A stretch of DNA of 64,000 bases from Bugula neritina (taxonomy: Eukaryota; Animalia; Bryozoa): positions 17,546,995 to 17,610,994 of the forward strand of contig OZ037765.1 of the NCBI GenBank assembly GCA_964035545.1. Reading direction: 5' to 3'. The notes beneath the pieces are model-generated. The model was not told the DNA's origin, searched no databases, and was given only the letters and a program-made list of their open reading frames with translations. How positions within the stretch are numbered: position 1 is the stretch's first letter; every line of letters starts with the position of its first letter. Positions 1 to 29,173 of this stretch are shown here, in pieces. The position numbers and the translations under genes are program-made.

Positions 1-142
1 AAATAAAGTGCATAACCAAAATATATATTGCGTAAAGAGTATTACTTGTTAACTGATATAAGTTTTATAGAATAATATAAATATTATAACTATTATATTT
101 ATACTGTATTTATGTTACCAAAAGGTAAAAGTATAATTCAGA

Positions 143-17270
<17,128 letters not shown>

Positions 17271-17967
17271 CGTCTCTAGGAACTAGTTTTCACCAGTGTT
17301 CTGCGATAATAATTTTCTATGAAGTTTTGTGACTAATTTCTGGATTTTGTAGTTTTCAGTTTTGCAATGTTTTTTTGTATAAAATTAATCATTCTTACCA
17401 ATGCCTGTGTACGTAATTGTTTAAAATTGAATATTGTATCATGATACTTGCACGAAATGTACTTTCTTTATGTTACATATAGCATTCACCTCGCAAATTT
17501 GTTCATCTTGAATCCATAGGTCTTTTTATTAACAAAATACATATATGCATAAAGAAACAATTTTTGATTAAAAACAGTGTTATGCACTAAACCAGTCCTT
17601 GTAGGATAGACTGTTGATTGATACAGGAGTTTCAAATTGTGGGGAATAAAGAGAAATTACAATAATGCTACAAAATAGAAAAAACCAAAAATACTAGTCC
17701 AGTTTACTATGAATATACACGGTATTCCCTAAGTAAGTTAAAAACTAAGTGCTAAGCAGAAGAATTTGTAAATAAAATTCTAGCTAACTTTTTTGAAAAA
17801 CTTGGGTGGCTTGTTACTTTCCATCTTATAAAAATTGGTAGAATGAAGAGCATTTTATGCACCAGAATGAAGAAAAAGATGAATTATGATTAATAAATAC
17901 CCCTTGACTAAACTAAACTTGCATATCCTTGGATTAATTACTATTTAGAAATGTAAATGTAGGTGAG

Positions 17968-20900
17968 CTAGCTGTAGCCATGATGAGCTGTTGCAGCATG
18001 ATGAAGGTGCTGCTGCTGCTTCAATGAACTGGAAGGTGGCCGTGATACTATTATTGAAGCATTTGGTTTACTCGGTTGCTTTTGCGTAGCTTGCATCACG
18101 TGAGAATTGAAGTTACTACTATTGGGCAGGATATACTGTTGGCGGTTCACTTGATCTATGGACTGAGAGAATTTGGCTTCTGAAACGTTGAGATTGCCGT
18201 CGGGTGAAATATCTAAAAAACGCACAAGTGAGGCAATGGATCACATGCATAAAATTGCATTTGAAAAAATGTTTAAAAACCAACTAACCCCCTAGACAAC
18301 ACCCTACTGCTGCTTCCTGAAGAGAATGTTTAACTGTATTATAAATCGAACAAAATCATTTTTGTATTTTAAAAACAAGGAATAAAACTAGGTAACAATG
18401 GTTGGCTACTAGACAGAGCCATTTTATGTAAACTAGCTTAATAAATTCTCAAAATTTAAACACTAAGGAAATAATAGTTCACCTTGAAGTGAGCATGAAT
18501 GAGTAAAAAATAAAGCATTTCCCATATGCTAATCATATCACTTAATTAAGGCGGTATCAATGTTAACTCGAGAAACAATAAATGTCCAAATCTTGTTCCC
18601 AAATAGCTAGGACCAAATACATAACTGCTTAGGTAACGTAGTTAATTTTATGGTAGTGTTGGAAGTTTAGAGCTTCCAAATTCCCAAAACTTGCCTCTGG
18701 CAAGCATGCTTTACTGGAGTAATGCATCCTTAGTGAGACAGCTGTGAGGAGAAAACTACCAGCAATCAACTGGAGACTCAAGTCACTAAACAAAGTTTGC
18801 AGATAGTGTAAGCATGTACTCAAGGACATATGACACTATTCTGTATATAACATATCTCGCAGCACAAATGCTATTCAGCTAAAGGAATCATGGAATTTAT
18901 ATCAAGTAGATTAGACAACTTGATGTTTGGAGCAGTTGAAAAATGACATCAATAAATTGTTATAGACTTGCAGCAGCTTTATACAATCAAGTACACCTAA
19001 AATTCTAGTAAAGACAGCCATAATTTGCTGATAACAGCAAACATTTTGACATGTGGTTGACTTGTGAACTAAGAAACTCTTTAGCAAGTGGCTGTCACTT
19101 CAGCTTACTTTTACTTGTTTAGCCTCCATTTTTAGAAATGACTAAACTAGGAGAGAGGGGACTTCTAAGTGGACATATTTTTAGACATAGACTTGATCTT
19201 AGTTCTGTTGGCTGACCAAACCAGAAATGTGGCTAAAGATACTCGGGTCAACACATGATAACTCTATGAGACCAAAAGGTAATTAATGCAAATGACTGTA
19301 GCAGAATTTGACATGCTTACATTGTATGTTAGGTGTGTTTCGGTGGGGTGACAATTCTGTGGGCAAGTGTTGCTGAGATACCAACTCTACCAGAGAGGTA
19401 TTGTCTAACACAGTGTTACTCTCTGCACCTTGCAAAGCCAATCCATTTGCACTCACAGCTCTTGATATGATATCCTGTATCATAAAATGCAGTTTTATTA
19501 ATAAACTGAGATGAGAATACTATAAGCAGGTTATAGAAGTATGACTACTTGATTGCTGATCGCAGCTGATAACCAAGTAAAACTTTTCAAAGAGAATCGA
19601 TAATGGGTGATTTCAGGAATATGAACTTAAGGCAACTGGGTCTGGAAAAGAGATGTTCACAAAATAAATGGCATCACAATATCACTCTGATTAAATAATT
19701 TAGTTCTACTATTAACCTTCTAAATGACTACAGATAAAATTTTAAAATGCAACAAGCAGAGATACAAAATAATAATTTACAAGTTTAATTACTTATGGTG
19801 TGTAGTTCATAAATGTCGTAGTTGTTTACAGATTCCCACTAATCACACCAAACTTTTTGGTATCATATATAATTGGTTGAGTACTTGGTTTCTACACAAC
19901 ACAGCTGCATTTACTAGTAAGCTACCTCCATACTATAACATTAATGTCTGCATATAACTGAGCAAACTTTTCTTCGAAAATAGGCTTTAGCTTTCCCAAG
20001 TTTTCTTAAAATAAGTTCTACAGCTAAACATCAACATTTTTACAGCAGTAATAGCCAATTATACCGCAGAACTACAGCAGCAATCAAAAGTGCTTTTCAG
20101 CAATGATTTTACTTTTTTCATTAAAATAAACTATAAAAATAAATAGCTTAAGGGTTGAACGCACTGAACTAAATTTTTAAACTGCTGAGATTGCCAACTT
20201 TTGAAAATAGTTCCCTAGGGTGGCAACGATCATAACAGCTGCATAAATTGTGGTCTTGTAAGCTGTAACCTTCTTGTATGAGAACCACTGGTTGTGTTAT
20301 TGAAGATATGAGATAGTTTTACAAGTCAAATGCAGTCAAGCTTCCCCAGTACAAATTGCAACTCATTTAAATGTTGACCAACCATAGCAAAAATATAGGT
20401 TCATATCGACATTCAGTTCTGCGTCAGCAGAAAAGCTTCAATACTTGGCTAGGAAAGTCGAAAGTTATCTGTGAAATCAGTCACCCAAACATAAGCAAAA
20501 AATAGAGTTGGTAGTTTCAAATGTCAAGGATATACATCAGTAAGCAGTAAAGGAAGTTGCTTCAGGTTAATTCTAATTTAAGTTTAAGAGGAAATTAGCA
20601 ATTATTATGCCAAAACTATCAAAAAGTAAGCCCGACACGCAGTATTTTAATCTTGGGTCCCGACTAGATAATAATAATATACTTATGATGAGGAGACACC
20701 AACTCAAACATTTAGAGCCATAGCAGGCTATAGTCTTGGAGTACGGGCTGCACTGCAGTTTCAGGTATATGCTAGAAGAGGATTCAGAAAGAGTGTCAAG
20801 GTGAAAGACTTACAGAGCTGTTGAGGAGTGGCATCTGTTCGGTAGAGTCGTTAGCACCAGAAGCTGAATATAGGAAGGGTATTGAATGAGAGTCCAGGAC

Positions 20901-23900
20901 AAGATGCTTGCTGGCCAGAGTAGCGATGCCAGACGAATTGGTAGTTAAATGTATAGAGTTTCTACCACCCTGTAAGTGCAGAATTCAATGGGAGGTAACC
21001 TGACAGTCCAGCAGCTATTGAAGCTTAGATGTTCACACTCCAACTACACTTTACTTAAACCAAATACGTTTGTAAATCTTAAATCATAAATAAAAAAACA
21101 TTACTATTTAATAATTACACTATAATACTAAACTATTATATTATTAATATAATATGGTTTTACAATATAGTATACAAAATATTTCAACTTTAAAAAGACC
21201 ATTTCAAATAAAACAAGTTAAAATGTGTGGTTTCATATTAACTTACGGATTTGGCTAGAGGCTGAGCAATTTTCTGTCTGGATGTACTTATATCTTTGAG
21301 CATCTAAAGTTAGTGAACTAAGACTAGTTAGAAAAATGCATGATTAGATGAGTATATGTCGCAAAACAGCTAACAGTAGTTACATGCCACAATTTTATAA
21401 AATATTTATAATTATGGTATAATGGAATCACAATAATATAAACTATGGTGAACAGTCATGTAGCACAAGTGAGTAAGATGGATTTAATCATAACTCTACT
21501 GATAGTGAACAAAAACAACCAAAGTTATACCCCAAACCTCAATGTATAAACAAAATAGACAAACCAAATTAGCAGAACCATTCAGTCCATAACAGAAGCC
21601 AAGATAATCGACTTCTTTACTGATTAGATCATGGTAATACACCGCAGATTGTGAGATGGAGATACACACTAGAGCTAAGGTAACCTGAGGTAACCTGAGG
21701 CAACCTATGATACTTACATTGGTATGGCAGAGCTGAGTGGCACCATTAGTTAGAAGATTAAATGTAGAAGAATTGGAGCCGACTTCAACTGGAGGACTAG
21801 ATACAGACAGGGCAGACGAATCTGCTGATAAGACCTTGGACTGTGAATGTGGCAATGTAACGTTGAAAGAAGAAGCCAACTACAAAAGTTACAGACATTA
21901 TTACAATGTCCCAACAAAAAAACTTAAACTGGGTGATCCAGTAAACAAACTGAGTAACCTAGTAGAGACTCAAAGCCACACGTATTGACAGTTGAAAGTC
22001 ATTTCTGACTTAGAGCTACTACATCTATCTAGACACATTTGAAGATTGTAGACAGATCTTAACAAAAACATATTTTTAGCTGAAAGAAAAGCTTTAAAAT
22101 GAAGATAAGAACATGTTTAAACATGTCTATCTACAGTAATATTGAAAAGTTAGGCGCAAAATATTATATTTAGCTATTTCTGTTCTATAAAATTCACATT
22201 ATAATGTCAAGAACAGTCGAAATAGTTGCAACTTGAAAGGAACAACTGCGTAAGCATAACTGTTATATACAATTGATGCAACTTTTGAAAGTATGGCCTA
22301 CAGCTGCCTTTATATTCCATCTAAAATGGTAATTTTAAATAGGGAAGATGACTTTTCAGCTTTAAAAAAGTTCAAAACTAAAAGAGAAATACATTTCCAT
22401 GCACTAGTCACAGCTTTCTGCAAACCAAGGTTTTGTGTTTAATGTTTAAGCACGATATAATTAACAAATTTTTGAATACACTACCAAGCAATGAGTAAAC
22501 TAATAAGGAGCACTTTTAATGAAAAGGAAAGATTGATTGAAAATCAGGTTCATCCACTTCGACTATGTCTGAAAAACAACAAGAGATAAGGTGAGATATT
22601 TCTTGAATATACCTGTGTGAACACAGAGTACTTGTTACCTTGTGTGAATAAGGCGGAGACAACGCAGAAGAAGGATCAGAGTCGACACCAAGCTTTTTAG
22701 CACCTTTTCTTTTATCTGAGCCATGCTTCAGTTTATTTGACTGGGATTTGTAATGTAATAGTTGATTTGAGAGGCTTGCTGATATACCCTCCTTGCCCGG
22801 CCGACTAACCATGGACTTAACGCCCTTTGCTGATGAAGATTTCCTACCCCAAGACAGAGAATACAATTTCAACACAGCCAGGAAAGTGTTGCAATAAAGC
22901 ACAGAGTAATTAAAAATTAGGAGAATAATTAAAACCGTGCAATATCTGTTGCAAAAATACCAAAAAACCTAATTTTGCAAAACCTTTTGCTATGGCAAAA
23001 TTAATGAAAAACTAGTAAATTATTTGTAAGACAACAGCGATTATTGAATTGAAACTGGTAAAACAACACACTTTTAAAACTTTAAATGTGAAAAACAAAA
23101 CTTCTCACAACAAATTTTAAATTTCATTGTTAAAATCAGTATTTAAATTGCCCTTCAGACATTTTCAACAGTAAATTATTATTAAATTAATTGTTTTATT
23201 ACAAATCACTACTAGTTCATTCAGAATAACTTCAATAGTAGAGTTCAATTAATATAAGCAATTGGCTTCAAGAAGAGACATCAAGTTAAAAAAATATTCC
23301 CATTATCTAAAAGAGACCTATTAATGCGCAAAGGCGCCAATAAATCAGGTTTTGTAGTTTCCAGTTTCTTTATTTAAATTAAGAAAAAGTCAAATGGTTA
23401 ATTCTACCCTTATTTACAAGCCTAATGAAAATAAAATGATTATTATAACTATATTTCGCAAGGTAAAACACCTACTTTGAGTGTTTCGGTTGTTCAATGG
23501 CACATTTGAAAGCCATGCGAAGAATATCTGTTTGGCGGTTGGGAACATATGCATTGCCACAAAGCCGAGCATTGTAGGACGGAGCCTAAAACATGCGAGT
23601 CTATTAATATAAATCAAAATACTTAGTAAAGCATACAATAAAAAGTTAAAAATTCAAAGACATTATTGATGTACTTGTAGTTTGTACATGGTACTTGGAG
23701 CGACTTCAAGTACTTTTAGAAAATCACAAACTGAATACAAAGAACGGAATGCTTACAGCCAGTGGTCGAGGGTGGAATGAAGAATATCCAAGATAATCAG
23801 TTTGAGTTCGAGCAGTGTCCACCTTATCTACCTCCGACTCTGCTAACGAGGATTTGTCTATACTTTGCCTACAAATATTAGCAGAAAATAAGTAAATTTT

Positions 23901-26900
23901 CAACCAACTTGAAAATGTAAAAAGCCATACTCTTTAAATTGAAACCACAAGGTAACATCAGAAATCAATAAAATCACCTCTTAGCTTTGCCAGAAGATGC
24001 TGCAGTAGGTTTACTCTTGGCTTTCAGTTTATTGAGCTGTAAAGCCTCTTTAGCTTCTCTGTGTTCTTGCAAGAGGACATCAAATGGTTTAGATCTACCC
24101 TCTACTTTTCTTCTCAGAGAGAGAGCATGTGACTAAAATGTCAGAAAGAATATTAGCTTTGAATTTTTTTATCAAGTTACACACACACAAAATTCTGATC
24201 ACAGAACCAACAAAAACTTGGTGACAACGTAGGTCTCATAACCACATAATCACCTGGCTAATGTTATCGAATATACTTTTTCAGTACTAATAACTTCAAT
24301 CTATTATCCATTATATTCTATTTCTTATTGCATTGCTACTCATTGCACAAAAAACAAACCCAAAACCGAGAGTTATCATTACAAACCTTGCAGGTAAGTG
24401 AACGAGTACAATGTTTACCCCATGACTCATCCAACCAACAGCCACAGTGTCTATCAGGATCATATTCTCGATCTAGAATACACATGTAAATACTGTCTTC
24501 ATATGTTAAAGTGAGACAATTCTGAAATGTATAACTAGAAAGTAAAAAATTGACTTGTGTACTGGCAATGAGTGGGTACCTTTACATGGAATGCTTTTAT
24601 CATATGTAGTCAGTTGATGGACTTTAACACTGGGAGGCTTTGTCTTTTCATCATAAATAAATGTGTTATCAGGTTCTGATTGGCTATATGCACTATTGTC
24701 TATTTCTGATTGGATCATTTCTTGAGATGAAGACTCTAATTTTATAGGTGATGGTGCAACTTTGAAAGTCTCTTGCGTGTCATTGTCTATCGTCACACCA
24801 TATTGGTTAGCTAAAGGTGAATTATGCATCCTGGCTTTCTTGGCTGGCTCGGATTTGGTAAAATCATTTAAATTAGAGTCTAACGATCTTTTACAATTGA
24901 ACGGTTTTGCTGCATGTGTTGATATGTTGACAGAAGAGGATTTAGAAATTAAAGGAAGATTATCCTGAGATTCATTGTCTCGAATGTTGCTAGAAACATT
25001 TGTCAGCTTGGGACTAACATCATCAAGTGCAACAACAGGCTGTGTGCTTGTGCTGCTCAAATGCTTCGCTAATGCACTATTGCTTTTTTCTATTAGACCT
25101 GGAGCAAATTTTCCAGAAGCTGTCCTGTTTATTGGTCGATTAGGTAATTTATATTTCTCTAATAAATTAGTATTACCAGCACCAGTTCGTTTCGGAGAGC
25201 TTTTTGGTGAGTTTTTTAACTTGGACTTTAAAGTTAAACCCTTGATAATAGGTTTTTCTGTGAGCAAATGTTGTATTGACTTTCCATCATTAGTTTTACT
25301 GTGTCGCTTCTCTGTAATTGTAAAGATGAGACCAGTTCAATATTATGCCAACCAAGTTGATTCTCAATCAAAATCATATAAAACTGAAATTTATTCAAGT
25401 ATATGTACTACCTTTTATTTCTTTCACCTCTGCTATTGACTAGACTTACCTATATGTGAGAGCAGAGCTTGTGGCTTGATGACTGCCTCACATTTATTAC
25501 AAACTGTGAGAAGACACTCATCTAAAGCGGGTCGCAATCCAAAGGTACCGGCGTCTGAAATACCACAAATTAATAACACAAACTGTAACTATAAAACAAC
25601 ATTTATGTTTACAGCTGCAGATGTCTGTTTTGGAGCAATTGTTTTTTATCAAATATCTCTAAAAAGTGAGTAGAAATGATTAAAAGCAGGACAGAGGTCA
25701 CTTACCCTCCTTTAGTAACTTTGTAGTAGGAGAAGCAGAAATCTCTTTTGTGATCCCATCTACTTTATCTATAACAATTATTTATTTATAATCTCTATCT
25801 TATAATTAATCTGCACCCCAACACTTTTTACACTATTGCTGTGAATTTTGACACATATTTGGAACTACCTTTCAATAAAACTCAGTTTTTGCTAAATTTT
25901 CAAATTAAAATAAACACCATAGAAGGATGCATATACTAATTCTATAGACAGCATATTACTATGAATCATGAACGTGTAAAAAATATTATAAATCTGAACT
26001 ACAAATTTAAAAATTGTGACTATATTGAGTTAGATGACTACTGAGTTAATTTAAAGGATAAAAGCAGCATACATTATTTTAATTTGAGTAAAACTAACTG
26101 AAATAACCTATATAAAGTTTACTTGACTCTGAATGTAGCTTCACTGCATAAGTACACTATGAAGTATGAACTAGATTGATTAACACTGGTCAGGACATGG
26201 CTTTCCAGGCAGTGAAGCAACTGTGAAGCCAATCACGAATTAGTAATAATTATTAAGACAATGTGGTTAACCTTGTAACCATAGATTCACAGACACTTCA
26301 ATGTATGGAAAGACAGCAAAGTCCTGCATATGACAACTAAATTTTGAGTGAAGCCAGTACACATAGTAGATATGAGCAGTAAATTTAATATGAACATACT
26401 CAGACTAAAAACAAAGTTATATAATTCACAAAAAAAGTAATAAACATATAGGCAGTCACAGTGGCTGAAATAAACCAAAAGGTTAATGGCTAGTTCTATA
26501 TGTTTGGTAAACAGTTTTAATTATGTATTACTTTGAAAATAAAAACCAAGATCCTAACAATAAGAATATAAATAAGATTATGTGAATAGCTAAATAAATT
26601 ATCATTTATTATACTACAACCAAATTAAGAAAAGGTGAATCAAAATAAAAACGTAGACCATAGGCATACTAATATTGATTCAAAGCAAAACTCAAACTAG
26701 AACTTTTACTTTTTAGGCACTCAATTCTTCTCAAACTCTTAATGTAAATGTGATGTCCATAGCCTATAGGCAATGAGTAAGATTAATATGACATTTGAAA
26801 ATAATTATAATTATAAAATTACTAATATAAACATTACCCTGACTCTAAGTTTAACCGTAACACTGAAGCCATAAGTGATAACTGATAAGACTTAAGACTT

Positions 26901-27274
26901 AAGAGTTTATAAGACCAATTATCAGAATAAGTTTGAAACTGAAAGTCATTCTCATTCTGATTATTAGATTAAAAACCAATAATCATTGCAATCAGTTTTA
27001 GATTGCTATTCATAATTATCATGATAAATATAATTATAATAAAATGATAGCAAATTCAAATTGAAATTAAAAATCAAATTCAATGACAATGGTCAACATT
27101 ACGATTACTTTTATTTTGAAATCAAAATAAAAGCGAGTTGAAATCTAAAATAGCTGACAAAAAAGAATATTTATTACCTGGTGGTTTATCTTTTATGACT
27201 TTTCTACAGTGTTGAATTAAACCAGTCCATGGCTGACCAAAATGTTTTGATACATTTTCTGCAAATTTATCCAT
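17968..27274 (-). CDS. ATXN7: Ataxin-7-like protein (SAGA deubiquitination module; Sgf73 homologue), multi-exon
   Basis: Exon 1 (27274-27178) reads MDKFAENVSKHFGQPWTG. The N-terminal zinc finger FGLRPALDECLLTVCNKCEAVIKPQALLSHI-EKRH lies at about 25554-25300. The SCA7 domain DREYDPDRHCGCW...CTRSLTCK/SHALSLRRKVEGRSKPFDVLL lies at about 24472-24060, followed by HPRPLA (about 23760). The last exon ends HHGYS* at 17968. Splice phases are consistent where checked. Confidence 0.93.
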
Positions 27275-27649
27275 GGTCACTAGGATTAACCATAGCCCAG
27301 TGTTGGTTTTATATTTGTAGCACGACTAATTTTTTTGAGTGAGCTTTTCATCCGAATTGAATCGCACTAATCTTTATAACAATAAACGATACAGGCGCGT
27401 TGAAATATAGTCTGAGATGAAAGCAACCCAAAAGCTCGCAACACGCAATAAACCGGGAACTTGAAATGTCTGTACTTATAATATTTTAAGGACAGTTACA
27501 AATTCTTTTGTGAAATAATTGATCGTGGAAGTCTGAGCGTGAACTTTGTCTCTCTAACATCATTACATGTATTTTGTATATTTTCAGTGATGCATGTATT
27601 TTTAAACTTGCCTCGCAATGTAAAAAGCCAGTAAAATGGTCAATGAAAT

Positions 27650-28042
27650 CAGTATGAGACTATGAGACTGAGTATGAGTATCGGGTATGACTATCACTAT
27701 GAATATGAGTGACATTGACTTTGAGTTTGACTAATAGTAATAGTAATACTATTACTTATAGTTATAGTTATAGTTATACTTATAGTTATACTAATAAGTC
27801 TATAGTTATACTATGATCTATCAGTATGGCCATGGCCTATGGGATTAGGAATAGGTATGACTTATGACTTATGAGTATGACTATCACTATGAGTATGAGT
27901 ATGGGTATCGGTATCAGTATGAGACTATGACTATGAGTATGACATTGACTATCGGTCTATCGCATTCTGATTCACTATGACTACGAGTATGACATTAGTG
28001 ATTAGTGTGACTATGAGTATATGCATAACTATGATATTGAGT
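27650..28042. repeat. Degenerate hexamer microsatellite (TATGAC/TATGAG/TATAGT)n
   Basis: Clear 6-bp periodicity across about 390 bp of the ATXN7-THOC7 intergenic region. Confidence 0.85.
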
Positions 28043-28183
28043 AATGGTTTACCTCTGATTTACCTCTGATGAGGTAGAACGCTCTTGACCATCATATGAC
28101 GGTACAGATACGTATTACATTTACTAATATTATTCGTCTAAGTACCACTACCGTGGTTTTTATGTAATTTTCTTTTCAAGAAT

Positions 28184-28660
28184 TACAAAATTTTGAACTT
28201 AAACCCAGAGGACACATGTTTCAGGTTGAGGGCGAGATCAACAATTACTCGATTAGATCAATTTCAGGTCACCACCTCAAAGTCAAGAATCACTAGAATG
28301 ATGCCCGGCAATAAACAAAATTAACAATTATGACAGTATCGTGTGAGTAACTTTCAAGTTTTACCCTGCAACTAAGCATAAACTTACAGTTAAATTTTTA
28401 ATAAAAAAACTTTAAGTTTAATTTTTGCTTTCAAGTTAGGCTCATTAGTCATTGATATTTTCATTTTGATACTCATACTCATAGTCATCCTGATACTCAT
28501 GATAATCACACGATACTGTCATAATTTTTAATTTTGTTTATTGCCGGGCATCATTCTAGTGATTTGAAGCCATGACTTGAAATTGATCTAATTGAGTAAT
28601 TGTTGATTTCGCTTTCAAACTGAAACATGTGTCCTCTGAGTTTAAGTTCAAAACTTTGTA
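28184..28660. mobile_element. Foldback/MITE-like element with about 160-bp inverted arms
   Basis: 28184-28346 is the reverse complement of 28506-28660 (for example ACTAGAATGATGCCCGGCAATAAACAAAATTA / TAATTTTGTTTATTGCCGGGCATCATTCTAGT). The ends read TA-CAAA...TTTG-TA, compatible with a TA target duplication. Confidence 0.8.
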
Positions 28661-29173
28661 CTAAATTTTATCTTAATGATTATGATGAATATAACCATAA
28701 TGATTATTATAATCGCCAGGCTATGAAAAAAATAAATGTTATATTAATATTCATATTGCTTATATAATAGATAAATTAATTACTAGATATGGATTCAAAA
28801 TTTTTATAATTTGAATTTAATTAAATATTTGCAAAAACCAAAGCGTGTTTGATAGTCTTGATATATGTTATAAGCATTCCAACGTTGTATTAGTATGCTG
28901 TATTGTATATAGCTATATATTACTTGGCATGACAGTTTAAAGTCATTATGATTGTCACATGATGTGACCATCACAATGACTTCACCTTTCTTGGGTCAAC
29001 CTTTGTGTTTTGTAGAATTAAAAAAAAATGAATTATGAAATAATTACCAGATACCTATGTAAATCAGCAGTGAAACTGAACAGCTGGATGTTCAGTTTAA
29101 TTATTTACTCAATAAACTATTGTTATTGTAGAATTTATATTCATATTGAAATTAAAGAGAGAGTTATTAGAGC

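Noticed and set aside
19540-19645. Possible extra ATXN7 exon
   Set aside because: The candidate acceptors lead to stops in the required phase, and the flanking exons join in frame without it.
24762-25439. Plus-strand ORFs of 68 and 154 aa
   Set aside because: They are antisense shadows of the large ATXN7 exon. The same applies to the shadow ORFs over KDM5 and DMXL exons.
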